A stretch of DNA of 54,377 nt, taken from an uncultured Gammaproteobacteria bacterium. GTDB lineage: Bacteria; Patescibacteriota; Microgenomatia; Levybacterales; UBA12049. Made by a program: the position numbers and the translations under genes. Each line of letters opens with the position of its first letter. Positions within the stretch are counted from its first letter, which is position 1. Under the pieces are notes generated by a model. It did not search any database and was not told the DNA's origin. It was given only the letters and a program-made list of their open reading frames with translations. Positions 8,228 to 15,723 of this stretch are shown one piece after another. The stretch is from contig CAYOZJ010000004.1 in assembly GCA_964408485.1 (NCBI GenBank), positions 74,685 to 129,061 of the forward strand. Direction: 5' to 3'.

Positions 8228-9742
8228 CTACCTCTCTCTTTTTTGAACAATCAAACCGCTAGGAAGAGTTTTGGTCCAAAGAATTTTTCCATTTTTTATT
8301 ACCGTATCTTCCCATCCCTGATAGCTGTATTTGTTATAAGGGTCTGGTTGCATGAGAAGATAAAATGTTCCATTCATCTCTTTGGTAGGAAGGTAATGAT
8401 AGGTATTTTGTCCATACCAAAGAATGGTGTAATCAAATGGATCTGTAAATACATTTGGGGTAAAAACAAATAGTCCAAATGGCTTGAGATCTGCATCTTT
8501 ATAAATATAATCAAGCGCATCTGTATGACTTTTTATTTTTGAGACACCTCCGTAATCTTTTAAATCTTGTTGTGTTGTTGTGTAGGCATTCACTATTCCG
8601 TAGAGTGTAAGTGCAATAAGGAGCAAAGAAAAGATTCCTGTAACAATAAATTGTTTCTGTTTAAGAGAAGAAAAAAGAATATACACAAAAAAGAAAATAT
8701 AAATAAGATTTAAATCAAGCAGGTAGTACATAAAGATGTGATTGCGAAGAAATGATAAAACAAAAATTTCTGTGCTAATAACTAGGAATAGGTAGATAAT
8801 CCATTTTTTTAGCTGTTTATTCTTTTCAAGAAATGCAAAATAGAGTGTTGGGATAATAAGTACTACTGCAAAAATCCACTGAGGGATTTGTAGAAAATGA
8901 GGAAAAGTATCCCAAGCATTGAGAAAAAAAGAATCAAAATGATTGTTGATAAGTCCATATCCTTTTGTGTCATGGGGCTGGGAAATATAGTGAAGAAAGC
9001 CATGCACTGCTAAGAAGTTATGTTTTATTTCAAATAATACCATTGGGACAAAGGGAAGAAGTAGTCCAACAAAAAGAAAAGCATATTGTTTTTTATTGAG
9101 TCGTTGCATAAAAACAACATACACAATCAGCGCAATGATAAGTGGTACAGTCATTGCAATCTCGAAATTGTACGTAAAACTGGTCAGAAATCCAGCAAGA
9201 AAAACATATATAAGATTTCGTTTTTCAGATCCAAGGTTATAGATGCAATAAAATGCTAACAGCATAAAAAATACAGAAGGATGAGGATTCCATACAAATC
9301 GTGCAGCAGAAATTAAAGGAGGAGAGAGAGCAAATAAAAGCGCAGCTAGAAATCCAAATGGTTTGCCGAAAATTTTCTGTCCCACAAAAAATCCCAAAAC
9401 AATTGCAGTGAGGCTAAATAAAAGCATTAATACAACTCCCCCATACGGATCTCCACGAAATAAAATAAAGGGAATGGTTAAAAAGTAATAGTGCATTGGT
9501 CCTTGGAATATTCCCGTAATGCCTGCATATCCTCCGCCAATTTCTGAACCAATGAGTGTTATGTGGTGATTCACAACGATATTTCTGAGTGCCATGTAGT
9601 CTCGTCCCTGGTCTAGGAGAAAGAGGTAGTTATGACTCATTACCTCAACACTCCTGGGGAAAAGAGAGAGAAGCAGTAGGATAATTGCTCCAAAAACATA
9701 TACAATTTTTTGTACTACTGTAGTATGCAGTATTTTCACCAT
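8228..9742 (-). CDS. Polytopic membrane protein, ArnT/PMT (GT39/83)-like GT-C glycosyltransferase candidate
   Basis: 504 aa with about 12 hydrophobic segments. N-terminal loop LDQGRDYMALRNI..GPMHYYFL and a soluble C-terminal domain. Its stop abuts the convergent FAD oxidase stop. Confidence 0.5.
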   Translation of the reverse strand: MVKILHTTVVQKIVYVFGAIILLLLSLFPRSVEVMSHNYLFLLDQGRDYMALRNIVVNHHITLIGSEIGGGYAGITGIFQGPMHYYFLTIPFILFRGDPYGGVVLMLLFSLTAIVLGFFVGQKIFGKPFGFLAALLFALSPPLISAARFVWNPHPSVFFMLLAFYCIYNLGSEKRNLIYVFLAGFLTSFTYNFEIAMTVPLIIALIVYVVFMQRLNKKQYAFLFVGLLLPFVPMVLFEIKHNFLAVHGFLHYISQPHDTKGYGLINNHFDSFFLNAWDTFPHFLQIPQWIFAVVLIIPTLYFAFLEKNKQLKKWIIYLFLVISTEIFVLSFLRNHIFMYYLLDLNLIYIFFFVYILFSSLKQKQFIVTGIFSLLLIALTLYGIVNAYTTTQQDLKDYGGVSKIKSHTDALDYIYKDADLKPFGLFVFTPNVFTDPFDYTILWYGQNTYHYLPTKEMNGTFYLLMQPDPYNKYSYQGWEDTVIKNGKILWTKTLPSGLIVQKRER

Positions 9743-9792
9743 TTAATAGTAACAACTTTTCAAGCATTTCAACAGTATGCTAGACTGAATAT

Positions 9793-10206
9793 ATGAAATA
9801 CGATTATTTTGTTGCAGGAAGATGGAGAAATAGAGATGAAATTTTAAAATTAGTAATAGCTCTTCGAGAGAAAGGGAAATCCGTTTATTGTTTTTTGGAT
9901 GCTGAGCAATCAATTCACAGACTCAAAGAAGATCCTGAAGAAAGTATGCAAGTATTTGAGTCGAAAGATTGGCAGACTGATCCTTATGTTAGAGAAGTTT
10001 TTGAAAAAGATATGCAGGCGGAGAGAGATGCGAAAAATTTTATTCTTTTGCTTCCTGCTGGGAAATCCGCACACATTGAATCTGGAGTGGCATATGGGTT
10101 GGGGAAACATACGATTCTTATTGGAGAACAGAAAGAAGCAGAGAGTTTATATCTTATCTTTGAGCAGAGATACCCAACACCAGATGCCTTTTTGGCAACC
10201 GTTTAG
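9793..10206 (+). CDS. Small protein of the nucleoside 2-deoxyribosyltransferase-like fold (tentative)
   Basis: 137 aa. Blocks YFVAGRWRNRDEI and LLLPAGKSAHIESGVAYGLGKHTILIG resemble the NDT-like Rossmann family. Confidence 0.3.
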   Translation: MKYDYFVAGRWRNRDEILKLVIALREKGKSVYCFLDAEQSIHRLKEDPEESMQVFESKDWQTDPYVREVFEKDMQAERDAKNFILLLPAGKSAHIESGVAYGLGKHTILIGEQKEAESLYLIFEQRYPTPDAFLATV

Positions 10207-10293
10207 CCTCGATGCTTGTCTGATTCCTGTCTAATTTGAGTCAAGAACAAATCCTATAATCGTGGTACAATCATTTTTTGAATTTATTCAAAT

Positions 10294-11862
10294 ATGGTAT
10301 TTATTGAAGGATTGCGTGAGCGATTTGGGCGACATAAATCAAGCAACTTGGAAAAAAGGAGCATTTGGAAGCCAAAAACCTGGTTATCGCCAGAGAAAAT
10401 CCAAGAGCAAAGAAAAGAATTAGGTCTTTCCGGGACGCAAACATTTCAACTCCTTGAAAATCTTTCTGGACGGGAGCTTCTTGATTCACAACCTGTACAA
10501 AATCTCCTTGCATATACTGCCAACTGGGATCCATTTATAACTAATAGAGAACCAAAGGTAAATAGTGCATCACTTGTTTCTGTTGATCCTAAGACCGGTG
10601 AAATTCATTTACCCAATGCGTTTGTTCGAGTTAATAGAACTGAATCTGTAGATAATCAGTGGGGGAATATTCTTTTCTATTGGGATACCTATTTTATCAA
10701 TAAAGCGCTTCTTGCATCAGGCAAGAAGGAGTATATCGAGCTTGCAAAAGGACATGTCGACAATTTTCAGTATCTTTTTGATCATTTTGGGATTATTCCA
10801 AATGGGTCTTCGGTAAAAATGATTAATAGGTCTCAAACACCATTTCTCACGGGCATGATCATGGATATTTACCATACAACAGGGGACAAGAAATGGCTTG
10901 CAGAGAAAATGGAATTTGCCAAAAAAGAATACGCTGATGTTTGGATGTATACAGAAGAAGAGGCAAATAAAAAAGGGATTAATAGGCCGTCACATCGGAT
11001 AAGTGAAGATTCACTTTTGCTTCGCCCATCTGGTACGGATATTTTAGGAGATCATTATAGTGCTGCAGCAAGTACAGGTTTCGATGATAGTCCAGAGTGG
11101 GCAAGGCGCGCGTATGAAACTTCCCCCATTCTTTTAAACGGCGCACTATATAAGTACGAAAAAGAATTTGCTGTTTCTGCAAAAGAATTAGGAAATAAAG
11201 AGGAGGCAAATTTTTGGGAAGAACGAGCAGAAAAAAGAAAGCAAGAAATTAATGAAAAACATTGGGATGAAGAACGGGGAATGTATTTCAACTTACAGCT
11301 CAATCGTACGACTGGAAAATGGGAGAAAGACACTGGATATAGCGGTCTTATTACGTTTATGCCGTTATGGCTTAATATTGCAAGTCAACATCAGGCGGAT
11401 TTGGTTGTTAGCAATCTTTCGAAATTCGAATCACAATACGGTTTATTTATTGCTGCTTCTGATTCAGTTGTTGATACGGAAAAGTTGAGAAGAATAACAA
11501 GGACAGCATATAAAGATTATCCTCGATATATTTCAGCAATGGATGATATTTTCAAGCCAGACCAGTGGGGTTACCCAAATATGTGGGCAAATATTGAGTA
11601 TATGGCAATGGAAGGCATGCTCAATTACGAGAAAATTCCGGAAGCAAAAAGAACAATAGAGCATTTTATCCGCGCATCAGGAGCATTTTTCCAAGGAAAA
11701 GGCACGCTTCCCGAAAAAATGAATGGGCTTAATGGATTTAATGGTGGTAATTATTTATATGGAGAGACAGAAGGATTTGGTATGCATAATTCTTTGGTTC
11801 AGATTGGTGCAGGGAGGCTGCATGATATTGAAAAACTTCGGTATGGTAGAATTGCGTCATGA
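10294..11862 (+). CDS. Trehalase-like (GH37-like) (alpha/alpha)6 glycoside hydrolase
   Basis: 522 aa. FYWDTYF partly matches trehalase signature 1, and RSQTPFLTGM and QWGYPNMWAN partly match signature 2. Confidence 0.5.
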   Translation: MVFIEGLRERFGRHKSSNLEKRSIWKPKTWLSPEKIQEQRKELGLSGTQTFQLLENLSGRELLDSQPVQNLLAYTANWDPFITNREPKVNSASLVSVDPKTGEIHLPNAFVRVNRTESVDNQWGNILFYWDTYFINKALLASGKKEYIELAKGHVDNFQYLFDHFGIIPNGSSVKMINRSQTPFLTGMIMDIYHTTGDKKWLAEKMEFAKKEYADVWMYTEEEANKKGINRPSHRISEDSLLLRPSGTDILGDHYSAAASTGFDDSPEWARRAYETSPILLNGALYKYEKEFAVSAKELGNKEEANFWEERAEKRKQEINEKHWDEERGMYFNLQLNRTTGKWEKDTGYSGLITFMPLWLNIASQHQADLVVSNLSKFESQYGLFIAASDSVVDTEKLRRITRTAYKDYPRYISAMDDIFKPDQWGYPNMWANIEYMAMEGMLNYEKIPEAKRTIEHFIRASGAFFQGKGTLPEKMNGLNGFNGGNYLYGETEGFGMHNSLVQIGAGRLHDIEKLRYGRIAS

Positions 11863-13061
11863 CGCTGGCTTTCTCGCTTCGCCCAACTTCACTTGATGAA
11901 TTTGTTGGACAATCTCATTTAGTTGGGGAGGGCAAAATAATTAGACGAATGATAGAAAGTGATTCTGTTACTTCAATGATTCTTTGGGGTCCTCCAGGAA
12001 GTGGTAAGACTACTCTTGCATCAATTATTGCTCATAGTACAAATTCAGATTTTCATATTTTATCCGCTGTTTCGTCAGGAAAAGAAGATTTGAAAAAAAT
12101 AATTGAAATTGCTCGAACCAATCAGGCAAAGAAAAGAAAAACAATTCTCTTTATTGACGAAGTACACAGATGGAATAAAGCACAGCAGGACGTGTTATTG
12201 CCGTATGTTGAAAGTGGACTCATTGTTGTTATCGGCGCGACTACAGAGAATCCATCGTTTGAGGTAAATAGTGCACTGTTATCCCGATCGCGAGTTTTTG
12301 TCTTAGAGCTATTAGATAAGGAGGATTTAGAAAAATTAATCAAGAGAGGTCTAACAGATTCTCAAGACGGACTGGGAAAATATAAAAAAACAATGACAAA
12401 GGATGGCGAAAAACTTCTTATCCAATTTTCTGGAGGGGACGCACGAGTGGTGCTTAATGCGCTTGAATTAGCGGTTGTTCAGTATAAGGAAAAAACAATT
12501 ACCCCAGAAATTATTCAGGATATTTTTCAGAAAAAATCAGCTGGCCTTTACGATAAAAAGGGGGAGGAGCATTATAATATTATTAGTGCTTTTATTAAAT
12601 CCATGAGGGGATCTGCTGTTGACGCAGCACTTTTCTATTTAGTAAAGATGCTTGAAAACGGGGAAGACCCAACGTTTATTGCACGGCGTATGATTGTTTT
12701 TGCATCGGAGGACATAGGGCTTGCAGACAGAGGTGCTCTTATTCAAGCAAACGCAGGATTTGAGGCAGTTGAGAAAATTGGCATGCCGGAAGCACAACTT
12801 ATTTTGTCCCACATTTGTATTTATTTATCACTCGCTAAAAAATCTCGAGCAGTTGCAAATGCATTAGGAAAAGCAAAAGAAGCTGTGTATGAATTTCCAG
12901 ATGCTCCTGTTCCGCTTCATCTGCGCAATGCACCAACCAAGCTCATGAAAAAGCTCGGGTATAGTAAAGACTATACATGGTCTGAGAAGTATGTCGGACC
13001 CATCGATGGTCAATCATTTCTCCCGGAAAAGCTCAAAAACCGTAAGTTCTTCGAAAGCTAA
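11859..13061 (+). CDS. rarA: Replication-associated recombination protein A (AAA+ ATPase RarA/MgsA)
   Basis: 400 aa. Walker A GPPGSGKTTLA, Walker B FIDEVHRWNKAQQD and the MgsA C-terminal block HLRNAPTKLMK. ATGA overlap with the upstream ORF. Confidence 0.9.
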   Translation: MTLAFSLRPTSLDEFVGQSHLVGEGKIIRRMIESDSVTSMILWGPPGSGKTTLASIIAHSTNSDFHILSAVSSGKEDLKKIIEIARTNQAKKRKTILFIDEVHRWNKAQQDVLLPYVESGLIVVIGATTENPSFEVNSALLSRSRVFVLELLDKEDLEKLIKRGLTDSQDGLGKYKKTMTKDGEKLLIQFSGGDARVVLNALELAVVQYKEKTITPEIIQDIFQKKSAGLYDKKGEEHYNIISAFIKSMRGSAVDAALFYLVKMLENGEDPTFIARRMIVFASEDIGLADRGALIQANAGFEAVEKIGMPEAQLILSHICIYLSLAKKSRAVANALGKAKEAVYEFPDAPVPLHLRNAPTKLMKKLGYSKDYTWSEKYVGPIDGQSFLPEKLKNRKFFES

Positions 13062-13076
13062 TCTTGTTTTGGGTGG

Positions 13077-13106
13077 TTGACAAGCTCAAAACGCGAGGAC
13101 TAAAAT
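13077..13106 (+). promoter_or_regulatory. Sigma70-like promoter: TTGACA, 18 nt, TAAAAT
   Basis: -35 at 13077-13082 and -10 at 13101-13106. A leader of about 75 nt follows, carrying the strong Shine-Dalgarno AAAGGAGG (13172-13179) 6 nt before ATG 13186. Confidence 0.55.
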
Positions 13107-13185
13107 TTAAGGGCAATGGATAACGCCCTGGCAGAAGACGACGATTATTATTTACATCACATAAATTCCCTAAAGGAGGCTCATT

Positions 13186-14400
13186 ATGTTGTATTTTTCA
13201 GAACTCTACAAAGACAAAGTATTTACCGAAAGTAAGCAGTATTTAGGCAAGCTGGAAGATCTTCTTTTTTTGGCTCACGAGACATCTCTTATTACCAAAT
13301 TTGTTGTTAGGACAAGCAAAAATCATCTCCTCACTATTCCATCACAATTTGTCAGGAAAAATGGCATTGGATTTATTGTTAAAAATGCCTATACAACAAA
13401 GGAAAAGACAGAAAGCGAATTCTCTGTTTTATATCAACTTCAGGATCAGCAAATTGTTGACATTGATGGAGCGAAAATCATTCGCGTCAATGACGTCATT
13501 ATTAATAATACACCGGATTTTACCATTTCCGGTATTGATGTTGGTTTTCTTGGGTTATTTCGATGGATCCATTTGGCTAAGCCACTTTCTAGCCTTCTTC
13601 ACGCACTTAAAATCAATTATGCCTCAGATTTTATTCCATGGTCTGAAATTGATCCAACACAAGTTGCTAAGAATAGAATTGTCCTGCGAAGTGAGCAAGA
13701 AAAATTAAAAAAACTTCATCCAGAAGATCTGGCTGAGCACTTAGAGCATGCTAACATTCAAAATGTTCTCAGGTCATTAAAGGTTATGGATGAAGAAATG
13801 TCTGCTCGTGTTATCGCTGACCTTAATGTTGATTATCAGCGGGAAATTTTCCGTCGATTCTCAGCCCAACATGCTGGAGAAGTGTTGTCTCTTATCGAAG
13901 CGGACGAGGCAGTAGATGTATTGCTTTCGCTTGAAAGCGAAAAGCGAGAAGAGATTTTAAAGTTTATCGAGAAAGATAAGAAAAAGACAATCCTCCACTT
14001 ACTCCATTTAGCAAAAACACCAATTGGACATCTTATGACAACAGAATACGTTACGGTTACATCCGATATGACTATTAAGGAAGTATTAAATAAAATTAAA
14101 ATAGACAGTACAGATTTTTCCGAACTTCACTATGTCTATGCATTAAATAAAGATGAGCAAATTGTTGGCGTAGAAACGTTGCATGAGTTGCTTCTTCAAA
14201 AGCCAGATGTGCCTTTTTACAAAATCATGAATCAAAATCTTATTCTTGGCAGACTTACAACGCCAAAGGAAATTGCCTTACGACGAATGATTAAATACAG
14301 CATTTATGCGCTTCCAATTGTTGATGAGAATAGAAAGCTTTTGGGTGTTGTTAGTCTGCAAAATGTTGCAGAAGACTTAGTAGGAGAAAAACATGAATAA
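13186..14400 (+). CDS. Soluble MgtE-type cytosolic module (PRC-barrel-like repeats + MgtE_N domain + CBS pair) with no transmembrane domain
   Basis: 404 aa. MgtE_N blocks LHPEDLAEHLEH and EADEAVDVLLSLESEKREEIL; CBS blocks IGHLMTTEYVTV and ALPIVDENRKLLGVVSLQNV. No hydrophobic helices. 8-nt overlap with the next ORF. Confidence 0.75.
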   Translation: MLYFSELYKDKVFTESKQYLGKLEDLLFLAHETSLITKFVVRTSKNHLLTIPSQFVRKNGIGFIVKNAYTTKEKTESEFSVLYQLQDQQIVDIDGAKIIRVNDVIINNTPDFTISGIDVGFLGLFRWIHLAKPLSSLLHALKINYASDFIPWSEIDPTQVAKNRIVLRSEQEKLKKLHPEDLAEHLEHANIQNVLRSLKVMDEEMSARVIADLNVDYQREIFRRFSAQHAGEVLSLIEADEAVDVLLSLESEKREEILKFIEKDKKKTILHLLHLAKTPIGHLMTTEYVTVTSDMTIKEVLNKIKIDSTDFSELHYVYALNKDEQIVGVETLHELLLQKPDVPFYKIMNQNLILGRLTTPKEIALRRMIKYSIYALPIVDENRKLLGVVSLQNVAEDLVGEKHE

Positions 14401-15631
14401 AAAAAATTTCTTTGCCAAAATACTTATTTTTTTGGGAGTCCTGGGGCCATCGGTTATTACAACAATGGCAGGAAATGATGGTGCTGGCGTTATTACCTAT
14501 TCCCTTGCTGGTGCAGCATTTGGATATGCGATTCTCTTTACCTTACCAATTTTGACAATTCTCTACGGTGTTACTCAGGAGATGGGATCTCGTATCGCTA
14601 TTGTTACGGGTAAAGGATTGGGAGATGTGATTCGGGAAAGATACGGCGTGCGTATTGCATTTCTTATCTTCGCAATTATTGGCATTGCTAATTTAGGCAC
14701 GCTTATTACTGATGTTGCAGCACTCAAAACAGGTGCTGAAATGTTGGGTCTTGCGCCTATTCCTTTTATTATTATTACAATTGTTTTTTGTTTCTGGATT
14801 GTTACCTTTACGAAATATGAAAAATCACAGAAAGTATTTCTTGCGGGGATGGTTTTTTACTTAGCGTATGTTTTATCGGCAATTTTGGGTGCACCACATT
14901 GGGGAGAAGCTGTGAAAGCCTTGGTTATTCCCTCAAAGACAATTTTATCAAGAAATTTTCTTATTGCTTCAATTGCAGTGCTTGGTACAACAATTACTCC
15001 CTGGGGGCAATTCTTTGTTCAAAGCTACATGAAGGATAAAAATGTTTCGGTAAACAGATTAGGGTACGCAAAGTTAGAAGCATACTTGGGAGCATTCTTA
15101 TCTAATTTTTTTACCTTTTTCATTATCGTTGCAACTGCTGCAACGCTTTTTGCCCATCATATCCAGATGACGAGTGGTGAGAGCGCAGCATTGGCAATAA
15201 AACCGTTTGCAGGGGAATTTGCCAGTATCCTTTTCTCTTTAGGGCTTATCTGCGCAGCAATTGTTGGTATTATTATTGTTAGCCTCACTTCTGCATATGC
15301 ATTTTCTGAATTCTTTGGATTTACCGGTTCGCTTGATGAGCCGTATAAAAAAGGAAAACCATTCTATACCAACTTTTTACTCAATATTGTTATTGCCTCA
15401 CTCCTTGTTATGACACCGTGGTTTCCTCTTTTTACTGTTGTTATCTATACACAAGCGTTAAATGGGATCCTTCTTCCTATCTTTTTCTATTTTATTCTTC
15501 GCATTATTAATAATAAGGAAATTATGGGGAAGTATGTTAATGGAAGGTTGCAGAATATATTTTCTATTGCTGCAACGATCGCTATTGTTATTGCTGCGGT
15601 ACTTGCTGCAGTAACGTCATTTATTTCATAA
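14393..15631 (+). CDS. NRAMP/SLC11-family permease with a non-canonical metal site
   Basis: 412 aa with about 11 TM segments. The TM1 region GPSVITTMAGNDGAGVITYSLAGAAFGY aligns to the NRAMP GP...DPGN...AGAQFGY block, and the TM6 region GTTITPWGQFF aligns to GATVMPHxxYLHS. Confidence 0.75.
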   Translation: MNKKNFFAKILIFLGVLGPSVITTMAGNDGAGVITYSLAGAAFGYAILFTLPILTILYGVTQEMGSRIAIVTGKGLGDVIRERYGVRIAFLIFAIIGIANLGTLITDVAALKTGAEMLGLAPIPFIIITIVFCFWIVTFTKYEKSQKVFLAGMVFYLAYVLSAILGAPHWGEAVKALVIPSKTILSRNFLIASIAVLGTTITPWGQFFVQSYMKDKNVSVNRLGYAKLEAYLGAFLSNFFTFFIIVATAATLFAHHIQMTSGESAALAIKPFAGEFASILFSLGLICAAIVGIIIVSLTSAYAFSEFFGFTGSLDEPYKKGKPFYTNFLLNIVIASLLVMTPWFPLFTVVIYTQALNGILLPIFFYFILRIINNKEIMGKYVNGRLQNIFSIAATIAIVIAAVLAAVTSFIS

Positions 15632-15652
15632 GTAAGAAAATAATTTGATCTC

Positions 15653-15681
15653 TTGACAATTAGCAGCATGTTTGTTAGAGT
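15653..15681 (+). promoter_or_regulatory. Sigma70-like promoter of lon: TTGACA, 17 nt, TAGAGT
   Basis: -35 at 15653-15658 and -10 at 15676-15681. Overlaps the CIRCE-like element. Confidence 0.6.
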
Positions 15682-15686
15682 GCTAA
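15660..15686 (+). promoter_or_regulatory. CIRCE-like operator (HrcA box) TTAGCAGCA-N9-GAGTGCTAA
   Basis: Compared with the consensus TTAGCACTC-N9-GAGTGCTAA, the right arm matches 9/9 and the left arm 6/9, with an exact 9-nt spacer. Lies 38 nt upstream of lon ATG 15724. Confidence 0.6.
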
Positions 15687-15723
15687 TACACGGTTCAAAG
15701 GATAAACTTCAGAACCAATCAGT

